A DNA stretch of 63,187 nt, filler included, from Chiloscyllium plagiosum (GCF_004010195.1; 4 parts of one record of this genome joined end to end with filler, not necessarily neighbours in it), one strand, 5' to 3'. Counted from the whole stretch's first letter, positions 49,757 to 63,187 are shown. Notes: generated by a model not told the origin, from the sequence alone. Translations and numbers: made by a program.

Positions 49757-51774
49757 GGGGTGCTGGTGTTGGACTGGGATGGACAAAGTTAAAAATCACA
49801 CATTACCAGGTTATAGTCCAACAGGTTTATTTGAAAGTACAAGCTTTTGGAGCACTGCTCCTTCGTCAGGTAACTAGTGGGGCAGGATAATAGGACACAG
49901 AATTTATGGTAAATGACCAAAGTGTCATACAATTGTTGCAATATGTTGAACAAGCCTAGATTGCTGTTAAGTCTTCAATCACTTAGAATGGGAACGTAGG
50001 TTTCAATTGATTAATATGTAAATCCCAGAACTACTTTAAAGTCACAGCCCCCAGATAACTTAAGGATTTATCAGTATAAATAAAGGTGACATCTCAGCTC
50101 AGACAATATATTAAAGGTGTGAATTAGAGTCTGAGTGCATCCCAACCTTGAGTCAGACAAGTTCTGTTTCCAAAGTAGGAATTTATAAAATGTCACTTGG
50201 ACTGACTGCCTACAGATTGTGTGCTTTCTGAACAAAATAGAATCTATCCACAAATGCAAATTCATCCCAGAGTTGTGTATGTGTGTGTGTTTGGGGTGGG
50301 GGAGCAGAGAGAGGAAGAGATTGTGTGAGCATATGTGTGTGTGAGAATGTGCATGTGTGTGCATGCTTGATAGAGTGTTGCTTGAGTGTGATGGAGTATA
50401 TGCCTGTGAGAGGTTATACATATGAGTGAGTGTGTGAGAGAGCGTGTGCATAAGTGAGTGTCTGTGTGAGTGTCATCATGTACGAGTGTGTCTATGTATG
50501 TGTGCTTGTGTGTGAGTGTACAGTGTGGTGGGGTCACATGTAGAGTGACATGAACCCAAGATCTCAGTTGAGGCCGTCCTCATGGATACCAAACTTGGCT
50601 ATCAGCCTTGCTCGGTGACTCTGTTGTTGCATATCCCGAAGTCCATATTAGAGGATGATCACCTGAAGATCTGAGGCCAAATGTCCTTGACTGCTGAAGT
50701 GTTTCCTGACTATGAGGGAACATCCCTGTCTGGCGATTGTTATGCACTGTTGTAGTGTCTGCTTGGTTTCACCAATATACCATGCCTTGGGGCATCCTTG
50801 CCTGTAGTGTATGAGAGAAACAATGTTGGCGGAATCACATGAGTACCTGCCGTGCATGTGGTGGGCGGTGTCCCCATGTGTAATGGTAGTACCCACGTTG
50901 ATGATCTGACATGCTTTGCAGTGGTTGCCATAGCAGGGTTGTACAATGTTGTGGTTAATGTTGTCCTGAAGGCTGGGCAGTTTGCTGCAAACAATGGTCT
51001 GTTTAAGGTTTGACAGTTGTTTAAAGGTGAGAAGTAGAGGCGTAGGGAAGATCTTGGTGAGGTGCTCATTCTCATTGATGTGTTGCAGGCTGTGAAGAAC
51101 GTGGCGTAGTTTCTCCGCTCCCAGAAAGTACAGACTTTGACTGTGTCTGTCTCCTGAGGAGGTCATTATGGTTTCTCGCTGTGGCACGTTGGAACCAGCG
51201 ATCGATGAGTTGAGCATTGTATCCTGTTCTTATGAAGGCATCCTTCAGCAACTTCAGGTGTCTGTCACGTTCCTCCTCATCTGAACAGATCCTGTGTATG
51301 CATAGGGCTTGTCCCTAGGGGATGGCTGTTTTAATATGTTCACATTGGAAACTAGAGAAATGCAGCATCATGAGGTTATCTGTAGGCTTGTGGTAGAGTG
51401 ATGTACTGAAGTGTCTGTCCTTGATGGAGATGCATGTGTCCAAATATGATACTGATTCTAAAGAGTAGTCCACGATAAGTCCAATGATGGGATGAAACTT
51501 GTTGATATCACTGTGTAATTGTTTCAGTAATTCCTTGCCATGGGTCCAGAGGACGAAAATATCGTCAATGTATCTGGTGTATGGTGCTGGTCAGAGGTCC
51601 TGTGCAGCAAAGAAGTCTTGTGCAAACTTGTGCATGAAAATGTTGGCATATTGGAGTGCAAATTTGGTTCCCATGGCTGATCTTGCCCCTCCAACGAAGA
51701 AGCAGCCCTGCAAAAACTTGTACTTTCAAATAAAACTGTTGGACTATAACCTGGTGTTGTGTGATTTTTAACTT
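49757..51774 (-). mobile_element. 5'-truncated Penelope-like element (family 2): RT, GIY-YIG, (CA)n-rich 3'UTR and inverted termini
   Basis: Minus strand MGTKFALQYANIFM, RYIDDIF, YSCDSANIV..C..AWYIGETKQ. 49787-49870 is inverted relative to 51690-51774. Possible TSD TGTT(CT/TA)AATGAA. Confidence 0.85.
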
Positions 51775-54349
51775 TGTTTAAATGAAACCATTGTTATGTT
51801 GATATCAATTATTGAACACATATCCAGAAACTAAAGTCTACTCTTTTATTGGCTCTATAGCTTCTAATTCACAAAGTATAATTTGTGGAATAAAATAATT
51901 ATTGCCACATATTGGGTACAACAGCACTACTGAAAAATATTACTTTTTAATGCTAGTTGGTAGGGAGGACTTATGAATTCTGCCAGTGTGATTAGTTCAT
52001 TATCAAAGATCACTGCTATTCAATAACATTTGCCACAGTGTGCTGAAATCAGGAACTCTCTAAAATTAATTTGTTGTTGGTGTGCTCATCTTGAATGCTG
52101 TTGTTTGAAAGAAGATGACAAAAAGAGTTTGATTTTGGAGTTGTTTCCATTTGGAAGAGATTGCAGAGATCTTTGTTTGAAGCTGTTCATTTTCACACTC
52201 TACTTCATGGAATACTCCTCTGAGTTTTATCTCAAGTATAAAAGATTCATTGTGAATGATTGTAATTTAAAATGAATACTCATTAGCATACTTACACTTG
52301 CTGGTTGCTATATATACTAAACAATGTTATTCTGTGAGAAGTGAGTACATTTCTACTTTACTCTGTAGTCTGCCAGGCTGTCAATGAGAAGAATCATTAC
52401 AAGTGCATTCCCAATATAATGGCCCGGATTTTCCGATCAGGATCAGAATCTATGGGCAGAATCCTTGGCTCCTGGAAGTGGTGAGGAAGGAAGGGGGAAG
52501 CATGTTTAATTAGGCAGGATGATGGCGTAACTAACCTTGGTCCCATTCCAACCTCCACCAGAATAAAGTTCAGGACAGGAAGATACATGGCTTTCCTGCT
52601 CCACTGTCAATTGATACCCTGAGGTGATCCATTGAGGGAACGTATAAGGACCTTTTCTTGCTGCTGTTCTGAATAACTCAGTGTCAGGCTGGCCTGGCAC
52701 GTAGAGTTCTAGAAGCAGAAAGGGTGTGGGTTGCCACCTAATGAGGGGTGTTGAATCAAAGGCACTTATTGCCTATTAGAGAGCATGGACAGCTGGCAGG
52801 CAGGGCACCCCTTACCATTATTCCTGGCCCTGAAACTCTTTTGCATTTAGTCTCAATGAATGAACCCTTCCATTCTATGCCCCTCATGCCATTCGCACAC
52901 ACATCACTGACCTCGCTCATGGGTTCCGGTTCTTCAGATTCGCTCCTCTGACCTTATCCTCCTTCCTGGTGTTGCCAAGCATAGGATCTGCTGCCCACTG
53001 ATTGCACTATCACTCCTGGGTATCTAATTCCTGAGGTAGACCCTGTGATGTCCTTGGATTTGCTTGATTGGCAGAAGATCCAGGGGTTTTTCCTTAGAAG
53101 AGGTAGACTGGACCTCCCACTGTTTCTCCAGCCAACAAGCAACACCTCCATTGCTCACAGAAGGTTCCACTCCTTATTTATGACTCTGATCAGACAAAAG
53201 AAAGTACAGGTTTGCTTTTCTCTAATGTTACAATGGAAGATCTTTCAGAACTGACTCAGGACAGTAAACCTCAGAAGGTGCAGTGCAGAAGATTCACACT
53301 AAAGCCACACCCCATTATGTATGTTACTACTGTTGTATTCTGATCAATCAAGAGTTTATATGTTCTAAAGTTTTTTTAAAAAAAGCTATGGAAGAACGTG
53401 AGAACAACAGATAAATGGTCAAGGAGGTGTAGTGAACAGGTACATAGGATGATAGACAGTTGAAGTGGGCATGGATGGGGATTGTTAGGTTGAGTTGGGT
53501 TATGTTGTGGACTAGTCAGGTCAGGCTGCAATTAGTCAGGCAAGGCTCATGGGGATTAGTTGATGGATTAAGGGGCTGGCCAGGCTTGGCATGAGGACAG
53601 TATTGATGGCCAGTTCTATAGTTACACATGGAGTTTGACGAAGTTGTTTCTGGTCTAATGTTGCAGAGACTCCCAGAAATATATGGCCCAGAATGAGGCC
53701 ACTCGGCCCATGTTGTCTGCTTCAGCATTCCAAATGAGGGTTAAAACTTGATGATATTCTCCTGAAATGAATAAAGTTCGAAGTTTTGAAGTCTCGACTC
53801 TAACTCAGATTGAGACACTGGTTCAGAAGGTTCTATGAAATTTGGGCATTGCCTAGTAGAAGTTCAAACTTTCTGGGCAATATCAGCAGAATCCCTGCAT
53901 TGGGACTGCACAGTGAATTGTTGTTCACTTTCTGGAGTATTGCTGGTCTCCAAATGAACCCGAGACTTGAAGATCTGGGCTAGTGTTGTTGATGTTGGTC
54001 ATGTGGTGGTATTAGGACAGTATTTATTTGATTTTTGATCCTTTAGTGCTGCATCATTTCATCTTTCTGATAGCCTTCTTTCTGGTTCCCGCAATCAAAC
54101 ACCTCTCTGCGTTTCCTATAATCAGAAAGTTCATTCCATTAATGCATTGTTAAAATTCAAGTAATGATTTAAATGATATAAATACTGTTTTAAAAATAGT
54201 TTATCTTCTCTGAAGTTTTAAGCATTACTTAAAATACTTCATAGTGATGGATTTCCACAACTACTATTGGTTTTCAGACAGAAAATGGTGGAAAAAGTGA
54301 GCTGTCAGGCAGCAACTGCAGAGAGGAAAAAAACCCAGCAAGTATTTGT

Positions 54350-54670
54350 GGCATGGTGGCTCAGTTGTTAGCACTGTTCGCTCACAGCAGGAGGGACCCA
54401 GATTCAATTCCAACCTTGAGTGACTGTGTGGAGTTTGCACATTCTCTCCATACCTGCATGGGTGTCCTCCCACAATCCAAAGATGTGCAGGTTAGGTGGA
54501 TTGGCCATGCTAAATTGTGTCGAGGGATGTGCAGGCTAGGTGGTTTAGTCGTGGGAAATGTAGGGTTATAGGGATAGGGTAAGGGGATGTTTCTGGGTGG
54601 AATGTCCTTTAGAGGGTCAGTCTGGACTTGATGGGCCGGGCCTCCTTCCACACGGTAGGGATTCCACGAT
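54350..54670 (+). mobile_element. HE1-type V-SINE
   Basis: HE1 head, V-domain and tail. Confidence 0.85.
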
Positions 54671-55548
54671 TTCAGGTCCGTGACCTTCATCAGAACTAAG
54701 GAAAGTTAGAAAAGTGATAGGTTTTCGTCGAATGACAGGAAGAACACTTGTAGGAAGAAATGAAGAATTATGTAGAGGGCAGGATGAATTAATTGACAAA
54801 AGGTTTCTGATAGCAGTATGATTAACAAAATTAAGAGATGTCCAGAAGAGGTGTGAAAGAACTTGTCATCAACGTGAGGGAAATAAGAGGGAAATTAGAG
54901 CAACAATTGAAATCAACAAGAAACATAAAGAAAATAGGATCAAAGGTTATTGTCTAAAATTGTTAAATTCGATGTTGAACTCAGGAGATTCTAAAATGTC
55001 CATTCTGAAGATAAGGTTCCTCAGCTGGCAGTGAGTTTCACTGGAACACTGCAGCAGGATGAAACAGAATAGTCAAAATGGGAGCAAAGTAGACAATTAA
55101 AATGTCAGGAGACTGAGAGCTCATGCTTAAAATATGAAAAACATGAAATTTTTGTATTGAATGCTGGAAATTAAGAAAAGGAAAAGTCTTTGGATTACTC
55201 AGTCGCACATTCTGGACGATATACGCAGCATAGGATTAGACAGGAAAATGTGTGTGGAAAAAATGTGACACAGGAGGAAAAGGATTTTGATCTTTGGAAC
55301 ATGAAGTAAATTTTGGGAGAATAGAAACTGTACCAAATAGGGCTGAACTCCACTGACATCAATCTCTTGGTGGAGATGGTAAATAGAATAGTTAGCATGA
55401 ATTGGAGAAGATTGAAGACATGAGGGGGAGCATTCAAAAATCAATAAGCAGACAGCCTAGAATTGAACAATTTCAGCATATGCAAAAGTACTGACTGTGG
55501 TGCTCCTTGTGAATTAAAGGAAGAGGAATAAGACAGGACTTTATGAAG

Positions 55549-55608
55549 AAAGTGAGGACTGCAGGTGCTGGAGATCAGAGCTTAAAAATGTGTTGCTGCG
55601 CTTTTCCT
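55549..55608 (-). mobile_element. Very short PLE family-1 terminus with a 10-bp inverted piece
   Basis: aaagtgaggactgcaggtgctggagatcagagc... plus inverted gcgcttttcc; TSD GGACTTTATGAAG (55536-55548, 55609-55621). Confidence 0.75.
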
Positions 55609-55644
55609 GGACTTTATGAAGGAGTGGAAATAAATTTCATTACA

Positions 55645-56000
55645 GGCATGATGGCACAGTGATTAGCACTGCTGCCTCACAGCATTGGGGACCCAGGTTC
55701 GATTCCAGCCTTAGGTAACTGTCTGTCTGTGTGGAGTTTGCATGTTCTCCCTTGTCTGTGTGGGGTTCCGCTGGGTGCTCTGATTACTTCCCACAATTCA
55801 GAGATGGGCAAGTTAGGTGGATTGGCTGTGCTAAGTTGCCCTGCTGTGTTCAGGGGTGTGTAGTCTAGGTGATTAGCTATGATAAATGCGTGGTTACGTT
55901 GGTAGGATGGGTGGTTAGGTCTGGCTGGGAGCTCTTCGGATGATCAGTGAGACTCCATGAGCCAAAATAGCCTCTTTCTGCACAGTAGGGATTTCTGATT
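55645..56000 (+). mobile_element. HE1-type V-SINE
   Basis: HE1 head, V-domain and tail. Confidence 0.85.
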
Positions 56001-56194
56001 CTGTATGCATAACTCTCAACTGCTATTCTGTGAGAACTATAGTTATTCCATACTCATGGCGAAATAAAGATATAGAAATGGGTAGAGGAAAAGAACATAC
56101 CAAAGGAGTGAATACTGATATGTAAAAATAAAGGAGATGGGCCAGGAAGGTTTTCCTAATTCTGCTTAAGGATATCGTAATATCTAGACTTAGT

Positions 56195-56525
56195 GTCGAG
56201 AAGACAGCAAAGATCTTTTCCTTTGGTGTAGGGTGATCAAAACCATACGGTATAATTTTAAGGTGAGAGGAGAAAGATTTAAAAGAGACCTGAGGGGCAA
56301 CTTGTTCACACAGGAAGTAGTTTGTATGTTGAATGAATTGCCAGAGGAAGTGGTAGATGCAAGTACAGTTACGACATCTAAAAGACATTTGGACAGGGAT
56401 ATAAACTAGAAAGGTTTGGAGGGATGTGGGTTAGGTGCAGGCAAATGGGACTAGCTCAGTTTGGGAAACTTGGTCGCATGGATGAGTTGAACTGAAAGGT
56501 CTGTTTCCATGCTGTATGACTCTGT
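56195..56525 (+). mobile_element. HER1/CR1 LINE 3' end
   Basis: aatgaattgccagaggaagtggtagatgc...ggtctgtttccatgctgtatgactc. Confidence 0.85.
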
Positions 56526-56974
56526 AAATTAGATATTACATAAGAGGTAATGAGTTAGTAATAGGTAACTGGTATGAGTTACGCAGTCAGAGTGATACAA
56601 TCGATGCCGAATACTATAGACCAATTAGGAAGGTATGATTAGAACCTGAATATGATTATTGTGAGTTTAGTTCAGGGACAATTATCAATGAAAGCACAGT
56701 AAGAGGAGGAAAAGAAATAGACTTTGTACTGGGATTGAGCTAAATGTTTAAGATGGGAATATTTCAGGATTGAAGAGTTTCTAAATCTTTTTTCAGTAAC
56801 AGATCAGAGATGACTGAACAATTTAAGGTTTTTGTTGTATTTGGTTTTGGGATACAATGACTAGCAGCTCTTGGTTGGATAGTTTGCTGCCACCAACAGA
56901 AACTCAATGAGAAGTGGCTGTTGACTTGATCACGATGTTCACATATTGCATTACAGCATTATCAAAATGAACAT

Positions 56975-57375
56975 TGGAGTATTGGAGGCTGAGGGGTGAC
57001 CTTACAGAGGTTTATAAAATCATGAGGGGAATGGATAGGATAAACAGACAAGGTCTTTTCCCTCGGGTGGGGGAGTCCAGAACTAGAGGGCATAGGTTTA
57101 GGGTGAGAGGGGAAAGATATAAAAGGGACCTCAGGAGCAACGTTTTCACGCAGAGGGTGGTGCATGAATGGAATGAACTGCCAGAGGAAGTGGTGGAGGC
57201 TGGTACAATTATGCCATTTAAAAGGCATCTGGTTGGGTATATGCATAGGAAGGGTTTAGAGGAATATGGGCCAAGTGCTGGAAAATGGGATTAGATTAGG
57301 TTAGGATATCTAGGCAGCATGGAGGAGTTGGACTAAAAAGTCTGTTTCCATGCTGTACATCTCAATGACTCTATT
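56975..57375 (+). mobile_element. HER1/CR1 LINE 3' end
   Basis: RLRGDLTEVYKIMRG...WNELPEEVVEAG..FKRHL. Confidence 0.9.
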
Positions 57376-59914
57376 ACTTGAACGAGATGTTATTTAATGC
57401 ATTATAGCAAATGGTACAAGTTACCATGGTACAAAATAAACATTGCTGGCAAGACTGTGAGGAGATCTGCATATGCAGCACTGCACTCCACAAGGACTTA
57501 ACTTATTCTGCGTTATTCCCATCCATGTCTGTGTGACATCATCAGATTAAGTGGAAATTAATGCCGTCTCCAACATAAGTCTGTTTAGAACCATTACCTT
57601 CTTCAATAGAAATATAAGGAACTTTTTGCAGCCAACAGAAGAGATATTGCAAAACGAAACCCAAGGCTTTTTTCAGATATAATCCTTCAGATTCAAGTGC
57701 CACCTGCTCCAAAGGCATGTAATAACATCACTGAACAGGCTGATTTAAAAATAGCTGAAATATAATCTAAAGAAAAAAATTTTAAAAAACAAAAATGTGA
57801 AAAAATGTCATGATTTTGGTGAAGGGAAAGTCACTCAGTTATGCAATTCTGGGCATTAAAGAAGGAAAAAAAGAAAAAATAGGGCTAGTTTTTGTGTGTA
57901 ATAACATCTCTGGATATAAAAGTAAATAAAAGGCTAGTCTTGATGAATTCACCTCCCAACTCCATTTTGATTTAGCCTCTATCTTTTTTCCTACTCTTCC
58001 CTCATATTATTATTGCACTGCCCTGGTTGGTATTGTTTGTAACTTGTTTAAATTCTCACTTGGGTGATTTGGTGGTGGGTTTTCAAAAAAAAGGGGTTGT
58101 TTTTCCTGGAATCAGGCTGGATTAGGAAGTGGGAGAGAGTAAGTCAGTGTTTGTATTGAGCTAAGAGATACAAATAAATTGTTTTGGTAGATAGACACTG
58201 GCTTCCACTTTCAGTATTTGTTAACTTCCCGGACTTTTGGTGTGCATTTCCATGCAACAATCCATTGACTTCCTCTAAGAACAAGGGGGTTATTTTCAGG
58301 AAATGAGGACAAAATATTAAGGATAACAATAATTGATAAACAGGAAGTGATAGAAATGTTGAGAACAAAGGAATGCGACATTTAACATTTACCTATTTTT
58401 TAAAAATAAAACAAATGGGCTCACTTTGAAATTACAGGCTAGTGAAGTTGAGATTAATTGTGAAAAACATATTTGATGCTGAAAAAATGGTGCTGTGAGT
58501 TCCCTATAAAAAATATGAAGTTACGATTGCAAGTTAAAATGGGTTTATGGAGAGAAGAACCTTCTATCTGTCAGAAACCTTTCAGAAACCGTCTGCACTG
58601 TGGATTCTGAAACTCAGTTGTCATTGTTTATTGAGAGTTTACTGCTGTGCCACATAAGAGGTTGTTCAAAAAGTTTAGAAGAACCTTACAGAATCTTTGG
58701 GCAGATGTTGAAGTAGACTGACAACTGGTTGCATCAATGTTCAATCATACCAGGAGTGACCATTGACTGCCCGAACAATCTTTGCTTCACATTGTTTCTC
58801 AATACTGGTGATGTCAAGGCAGAAGCCATTGTAACTCACCAAGAGCGGACTAACAAGAAACTGTAGATTCTAGATCGGGAAGTTGGAGTTAGAAATAATG
58901 AATAAAATTCAACATTATTATGGTGGCAGATTGTTTGCCAAGGATGAGGTGGCTGTCAGAAATATGCATTAAACCACTAAATTCTACAGACATTCCAGTG
59001 GGCTACTTCTGATGGAACTTTGGCATCCTAGGTACAGTACATTGCCTGAAATCCACAGACCCTGTAAGATTCTGATGGAATCTTGCTGTACCTTTCATGG
59101 TGTAGTCTTTCCAGAAGGATGGGCCTGGGGTAAGGATATGCCTATGCCAGGATTCCCATATCCACAGCCTCGGAGGGTCCTTTGTACACTTGAAGTTCCT
59201 AAGTGTTTTAAGAAGAGATTGACTAGTTTCATGATGGGTGACTGTGGACCCTTGGAATCCAGGTGGAGATCCTTTAGTAAAACTAGAAAATGCTGGAAAT
59301 ACTCAGCAGGTCAGGCAGCATCTATGACAGCAGAAACAGGATTAATGTTTTGTATCAATGATTTTGTCAGATGTCCATGAAGTTAGAAGCGGTAATGGTG
59401 TGGAAATGAAATTAGCTGAAGGACAGAATTTAGATTGTTGTGAAGAGTTAGTATTCAGATTGGAGGATATTGTGCAGAAGTGTTCTCAGGTGTCAGTACT
59501 GGGACTGCTGCTCTTTAGTTTATATTCACGACTTGGGTTTTGTTTCACACAGGGTATAATTTGTTTGCAGATAATGCAATAAACAGTGAGAAAGATAATA
59601 ACAGAGCAGGAGGAAATGGGCAAACAGATGAAAGGGACAGACACATGGCAGATGCAGTTTAACTCAGAGAAATTTGAAGTAATTCAGTTTGGTAAGACAA
59701 TTGAGACAATGGAATATGGTCTAAACAGACCAATTTTACAGGAAATGCTGAACAGAGAACTGGGAATGCACATGTTTTTGAAGAGTTCTGGACAAGTTAA
59801 GCTGGTTGTTAAAGTAGAATGCAGGACACTTGGCCTTGTAGATAGTGGCACAGGGATCAGTGTACATGTTGAAGGTTGGATTTCTTATTCCCACATAGCA
59901 TTGAGTTTTATAAC

Positions 59915-60055
59915 ATAGAACATAGAACAGTACAGCACAGAACAGGCCCTTCAGCCCACGATGTTGTGCCGACCACTGATCCTCATGTATGCACCCTCAA
60001 ATTTCTGTGACCATATGCATGTTCAGGAGTCTCTTAAATGTCCCCAATGACCCTG
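59915..60055 (-). mobile_element. CR1 LINE 3' tail
   Basis: catagaacatagaacagtacagcacagaacaggcccttcagccc. Confidence 0.75.
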
Positions 60056-60155
60056 NNNNNNNNNNNNNNNNNNNNNNNNNNNNNNNNNNNNNNNNNNNNT
60101 TAATTAATTAANNNNNNNNNNNNNNNNNNNNNNNNNNNNNNNNNNNNNNNNNNNN
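60056..60155. other. Artificial contig linker N44-TTAATTAATTAA-N44
   Basis: Same construct as 22613-22712. Confidence 0.95.
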
Positions 60156-60597
60156 ATGATGTGAGGGGCGGAAGTGGCTGTGGGAGTGGCCATGATGGGG
60201 GCAGAAGTGACATCATCAATCAGCGTGGGGGTGGTAGCTGCATCAGCCGCATGGCTAATGGTGTTTCCGAGGCCAGGGGAATCTTCTGGAATGTTTGAGG
60301 AGCGCTGGTTATGGAGGTGGGTAGATAAAAGTTTGTTGTACTTACAGTTTTTGATGTTTGAGATGGAATTGAAATACTGTTTGTTGAGAGTATGAATTCT
60401 CCTGAGGATGTAGTACAGAGTGGGTCTTTTGCAATTCTGAGAGAGTGTGACCCTCAGCTGAGGCAGGGCTGACTGTAGAGAGGTTAGGTGCCGGCGCATT
60501 GCTGCGAGCGTGAAGCGGAGGATCTTGAAGGAGAACCGTTGCTGGTGTTTTTGAATCTGTAGTCTGTACTGTTTGTCCTGTTCGGGTCCGAACTCAG
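60156..60597 (-). mobile_element. Retroelement N-terminal ORF fragment (PLE-like); inverted copy of 62750-63175
   Basis: MRRHLTSLQSALPQLR... is shared with the plus-strand copy. Confidence 0.65.
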
Positions 60598-61399
60598 ATT
60601 ACCTCATTTGAGGAGTCTTCTTGGACATCCTCCTGCAGTGATGGTTTTGTTTATCAAATATCCAATGCCCCACCTCTCGTATATCCCCTCTCTATCACAC
60701 CTGAAATACCTTTAGCTTGAATTATTGAGCTGCTAGTTCGATCCTTGCTTCAAATTTGTCTCAGTAATTGCAACACTGTCATTTTCCCCGCATGCTGATC
60801 ATTACCCTTCAGTTCACTTGCCTTACCAGTCAGAGTCTTTCCAATAAAATAGGTACAATTTAGCTTTCTTATTCTCCCCTGTACCTTATGGTGTTCATGC
60901 CTTCTCCACCTACTGTCCTAGTATTCATTCTATATCTATTGATCTTTCTCCCAACTTTACATCTCCTCTGTTCCCCATTCCCCCACCAAATTAGCTTAAA
61001 ACTTTTCATTAGCATGAGTAAGTGTGGGAGCTCACAGAACAAGAAGGAATTAAATTGAACTTAATCAGATCGGAGAAACCATAATGGGACTTGATTAGAT
61101 TAGGGATGAGTTCTTAGCACATACTTAGAGGGCAATAATAGCAGTTTTGTATTGCTAAAAGGGGAACTGAATATATAGCGAATGTATGACCTTTAAAATA
61201 ATTAAAGCACTTAAGTGAACAGCAGGGGTTAACTGCAGAGATCAGTTTCAAGTACCATTGCTATAGAAATTAACAAATACAGTTACACCCAACCCACAGA
61301 AAACACAAGGGTATAAGAATGTGAGCCGTGACCAGAGAGGACCAGCTACCTTTATAACATCTATGAAGCTATAATGTCTTTGCAGTTGTACCTTTCATG

Positions 61400-62610
61400 T
61401 AACTGCCACACTTCTGCACTAAAGATTTAAAGAAGACGTTTGTGTTGTTCCCATGCCTGGTTTTCCTATTATCGGGAAAACGAGTACCCAAAAATTCTGA
61501 CGTAGCCGGCAGGACCGCAAGAGGATAAAGGGAGGAAAAGAAACACTTCACTCTAATTGGTCCCTACAGGTAACATACACGTTAAACTCCATGGATGGAG
61601 TTTAAATACTGTCTGCCATTGTTAGTGATAATTCAGGACAAAAATTGTATTCCAGAGTTAAGGACAGTATGGGACAGGACGGGCAGGATTTAAAGGACGC
61701 CTGGCGGGCACTCTAAAATTGGCTTCATGAATACAGTCCATCAAAAACTGATGAGTATAAAATAACGGCATGCCAACAGAAGGGAAATGAAGTTAAGAGT
61801 CTTTGTAAAGAGATTTGGTGAGGTCTGGAACGAGCATTCTGGACTAGCTCCTAATGGCAATCCAGAGGGTCAAAATTTAGCTCCATGAAAACCCGCATTT
61901 GTAGCAGGTTTGAAGCTCAAACTGGCAAAAAAATATTGAAACTATAATGCCATGATTTGGATAAAAATTCATGTACTCTTGGTAATGTAATAGAGGAAGC
62001 CAATTGTTTGAAGAGAAATATGGAATCGAATCTCAGAACTACACACAGTATGAGAAAAACGCCCCAGGAAGTGCGACAATTGTGGAAATAAGGACGATTG
62101 GACTAAAAACTGTAGGTTAAAAAAAAATCCGGGCGGAGAGAGTCAGATAAGGAAGCGTTTGGATGGGATAAACAGCTTACCTTGTTGGAGCAGCTCCAGG
62201 GCTGTATAGAACCTCCGGTGAAAGAACTTATCAGTCTTGCAAAAAAATTAGCATAGCAATATTTTTAGCCCCCTTTTCAGCAGAATTAGAAAACCATCCG
62301 GACGGCTGCTATGTCGTGATGGGAGCTGGGCGATAAAGAAATTGATTGTTTTCCAAACACATGTTTGCCTTTAAGTGACCGACGCAATTTACCTTTGGAG
62401 GGAGAATGGAGAAATGCAATAACGGTAGGGGATAAGGAACTAAAAATTGAAAGGATCAAGCCATTACCAGTAAGGCTAGGACTACACAAGACTGTTACAT
62501 CGGCCTGGGTCAGACCCAAACAACAAGGAATGGATATATTAACTCAAATAAGTTTGTCATTGCACTTGGAGAATGGCTATGTCACCTCGCCAATCATAGC
62601 GCCATTCTTC
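61400..62610 (+). mobile_element. Decayed LTR-retroelement/ERV gag-protease remnant
   Basis: CDNCGNKDDWTKNC at 62072-62113 (CX2CX4HX4C spacing with H>D). ELGDKEIDCFPNTC...GMDIL from 62323 resembles a retropepsin with a decayed DTG motif. Left boundary uncertain. Confidence 0.5.
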
Positions 62611-62614
62611 TTGT

Positions 62615-63187
62615 TTAAGAAGCCATCATCTGATCTGGCCAAATGACTGCGGCCTGTATGTCTCCGTACCACAGCCACATTTGCTTCCTCAGTGCATGCC
62701 TCCATAACCAACTCATCCCACACGGACTCCGGACCACCTCTAAACCAGCAGAGTTCGGACCCGAACAGGACAAACAGTACAGCCTACAGATTCAAAAATA
62801 CCAGCAACAGTTCTCCTTCAAGATCCTCCGCTCCACGCTTGCAGCAATGCGCCGGCACTTAACCTCTCTACAGTCTGCCCTGCCTCAGCTGAGGGCCACA
62901 CTCTCTCAGAATTGCAAAGGACCCACTCAGGAGAATTCATACTCCCAACAAAGTATTTCAATTCCATCTCAAACATCAAAAACTGGAAGTACAACAAACT
63001 TTTATCCACCCACCTCCATAACCAGCGCTCCTCGAACATTCCAGAAGATTCCCCTGGCCTCGGAAACACCATTAGCCATGCGGCTGATGCAGCTACCACC
63101 CCCACGCTGATTGATGATGTCACTTCCGCCCCCATCATGGCCACTCCACCAGCCACTTCCGGCCCTCACATCATCGCCGATGCCACA
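62615..63187 (+). mobile_element. Retroelement N-terminal ORF fragment (PLE-like), running off the window
   Basis: YHSHICFLSACLHNQLIPHGLR resembles the H..FL..C....LIP.GL motif at PLE ORF N-termini. Confidence 0.65.

Noticed and set aside
50071..50537. His/Thr-rich ORFs
   Set aside because: Translations of the (CA)n-rich PLE 3'UTR.
32440..57720. Exon-like plus-strand segments (~32450, 34900, 39490, 41570, 43875, 46120, 48770, 48960, 52130, 57610)
   Set aside because: Some have plausible acceptors, but most frames contain stops and I recognise no protein. A decayed gene or lncRNA cannot be supported without RNA-seq or TBLASTN.
22713..63187. 3' exons of MBOAT2, the upstream neighbour of KIDINS220 in human
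   Set aside because: I found no recognisable MBOAT2 peptide on either strand.

Overview
This is repeat-rich vertebrate DNA, most likely from a cartilaginous fish, judged from the many HE1-type V-SINEs and HER1/CR1-type LINEs. The only host gene I recognise is the 5' end of KIDINS220 on the minus strand. Its first coding exon is at 19-166 (MTAVTSHSLLTYVEEENITAFKALLEKCKDVDERNE), and its probable CpG-island promoter and non-coding exon 1 lie at about 21.4-21.9 kb. The rest is CR1/HER1, CR1-group and RTE LINE fragments, Penelope-like elements (PLEs) whose termini carry minimal hammerhead-ribozyme motifs, solo LTRs, a Tigger-like MITE, a tRNA-Gly pseudogene and a decayed gag/protease remnant. The most unusual structure is at 26686-28705, where a ~230-bp solo LTR has been expanded to ~2 kb. 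Six copies of a short poly(A)-tailed element sit at one 14-bp site overlapping the LTR TATA-like box, and most carry extra poly(A)-bounded pieces of OTHER copies of the same LTR family. I infer an LTR-targeting, site-specific retroposon with serial 3' transduction. One N gap and three artificial 100-bp linkers (N44-TTAATTAATTAA-N44) break contiguity. Repeat family names come from recognised motifs, not database searches, and most repeat boundaries are approximate.
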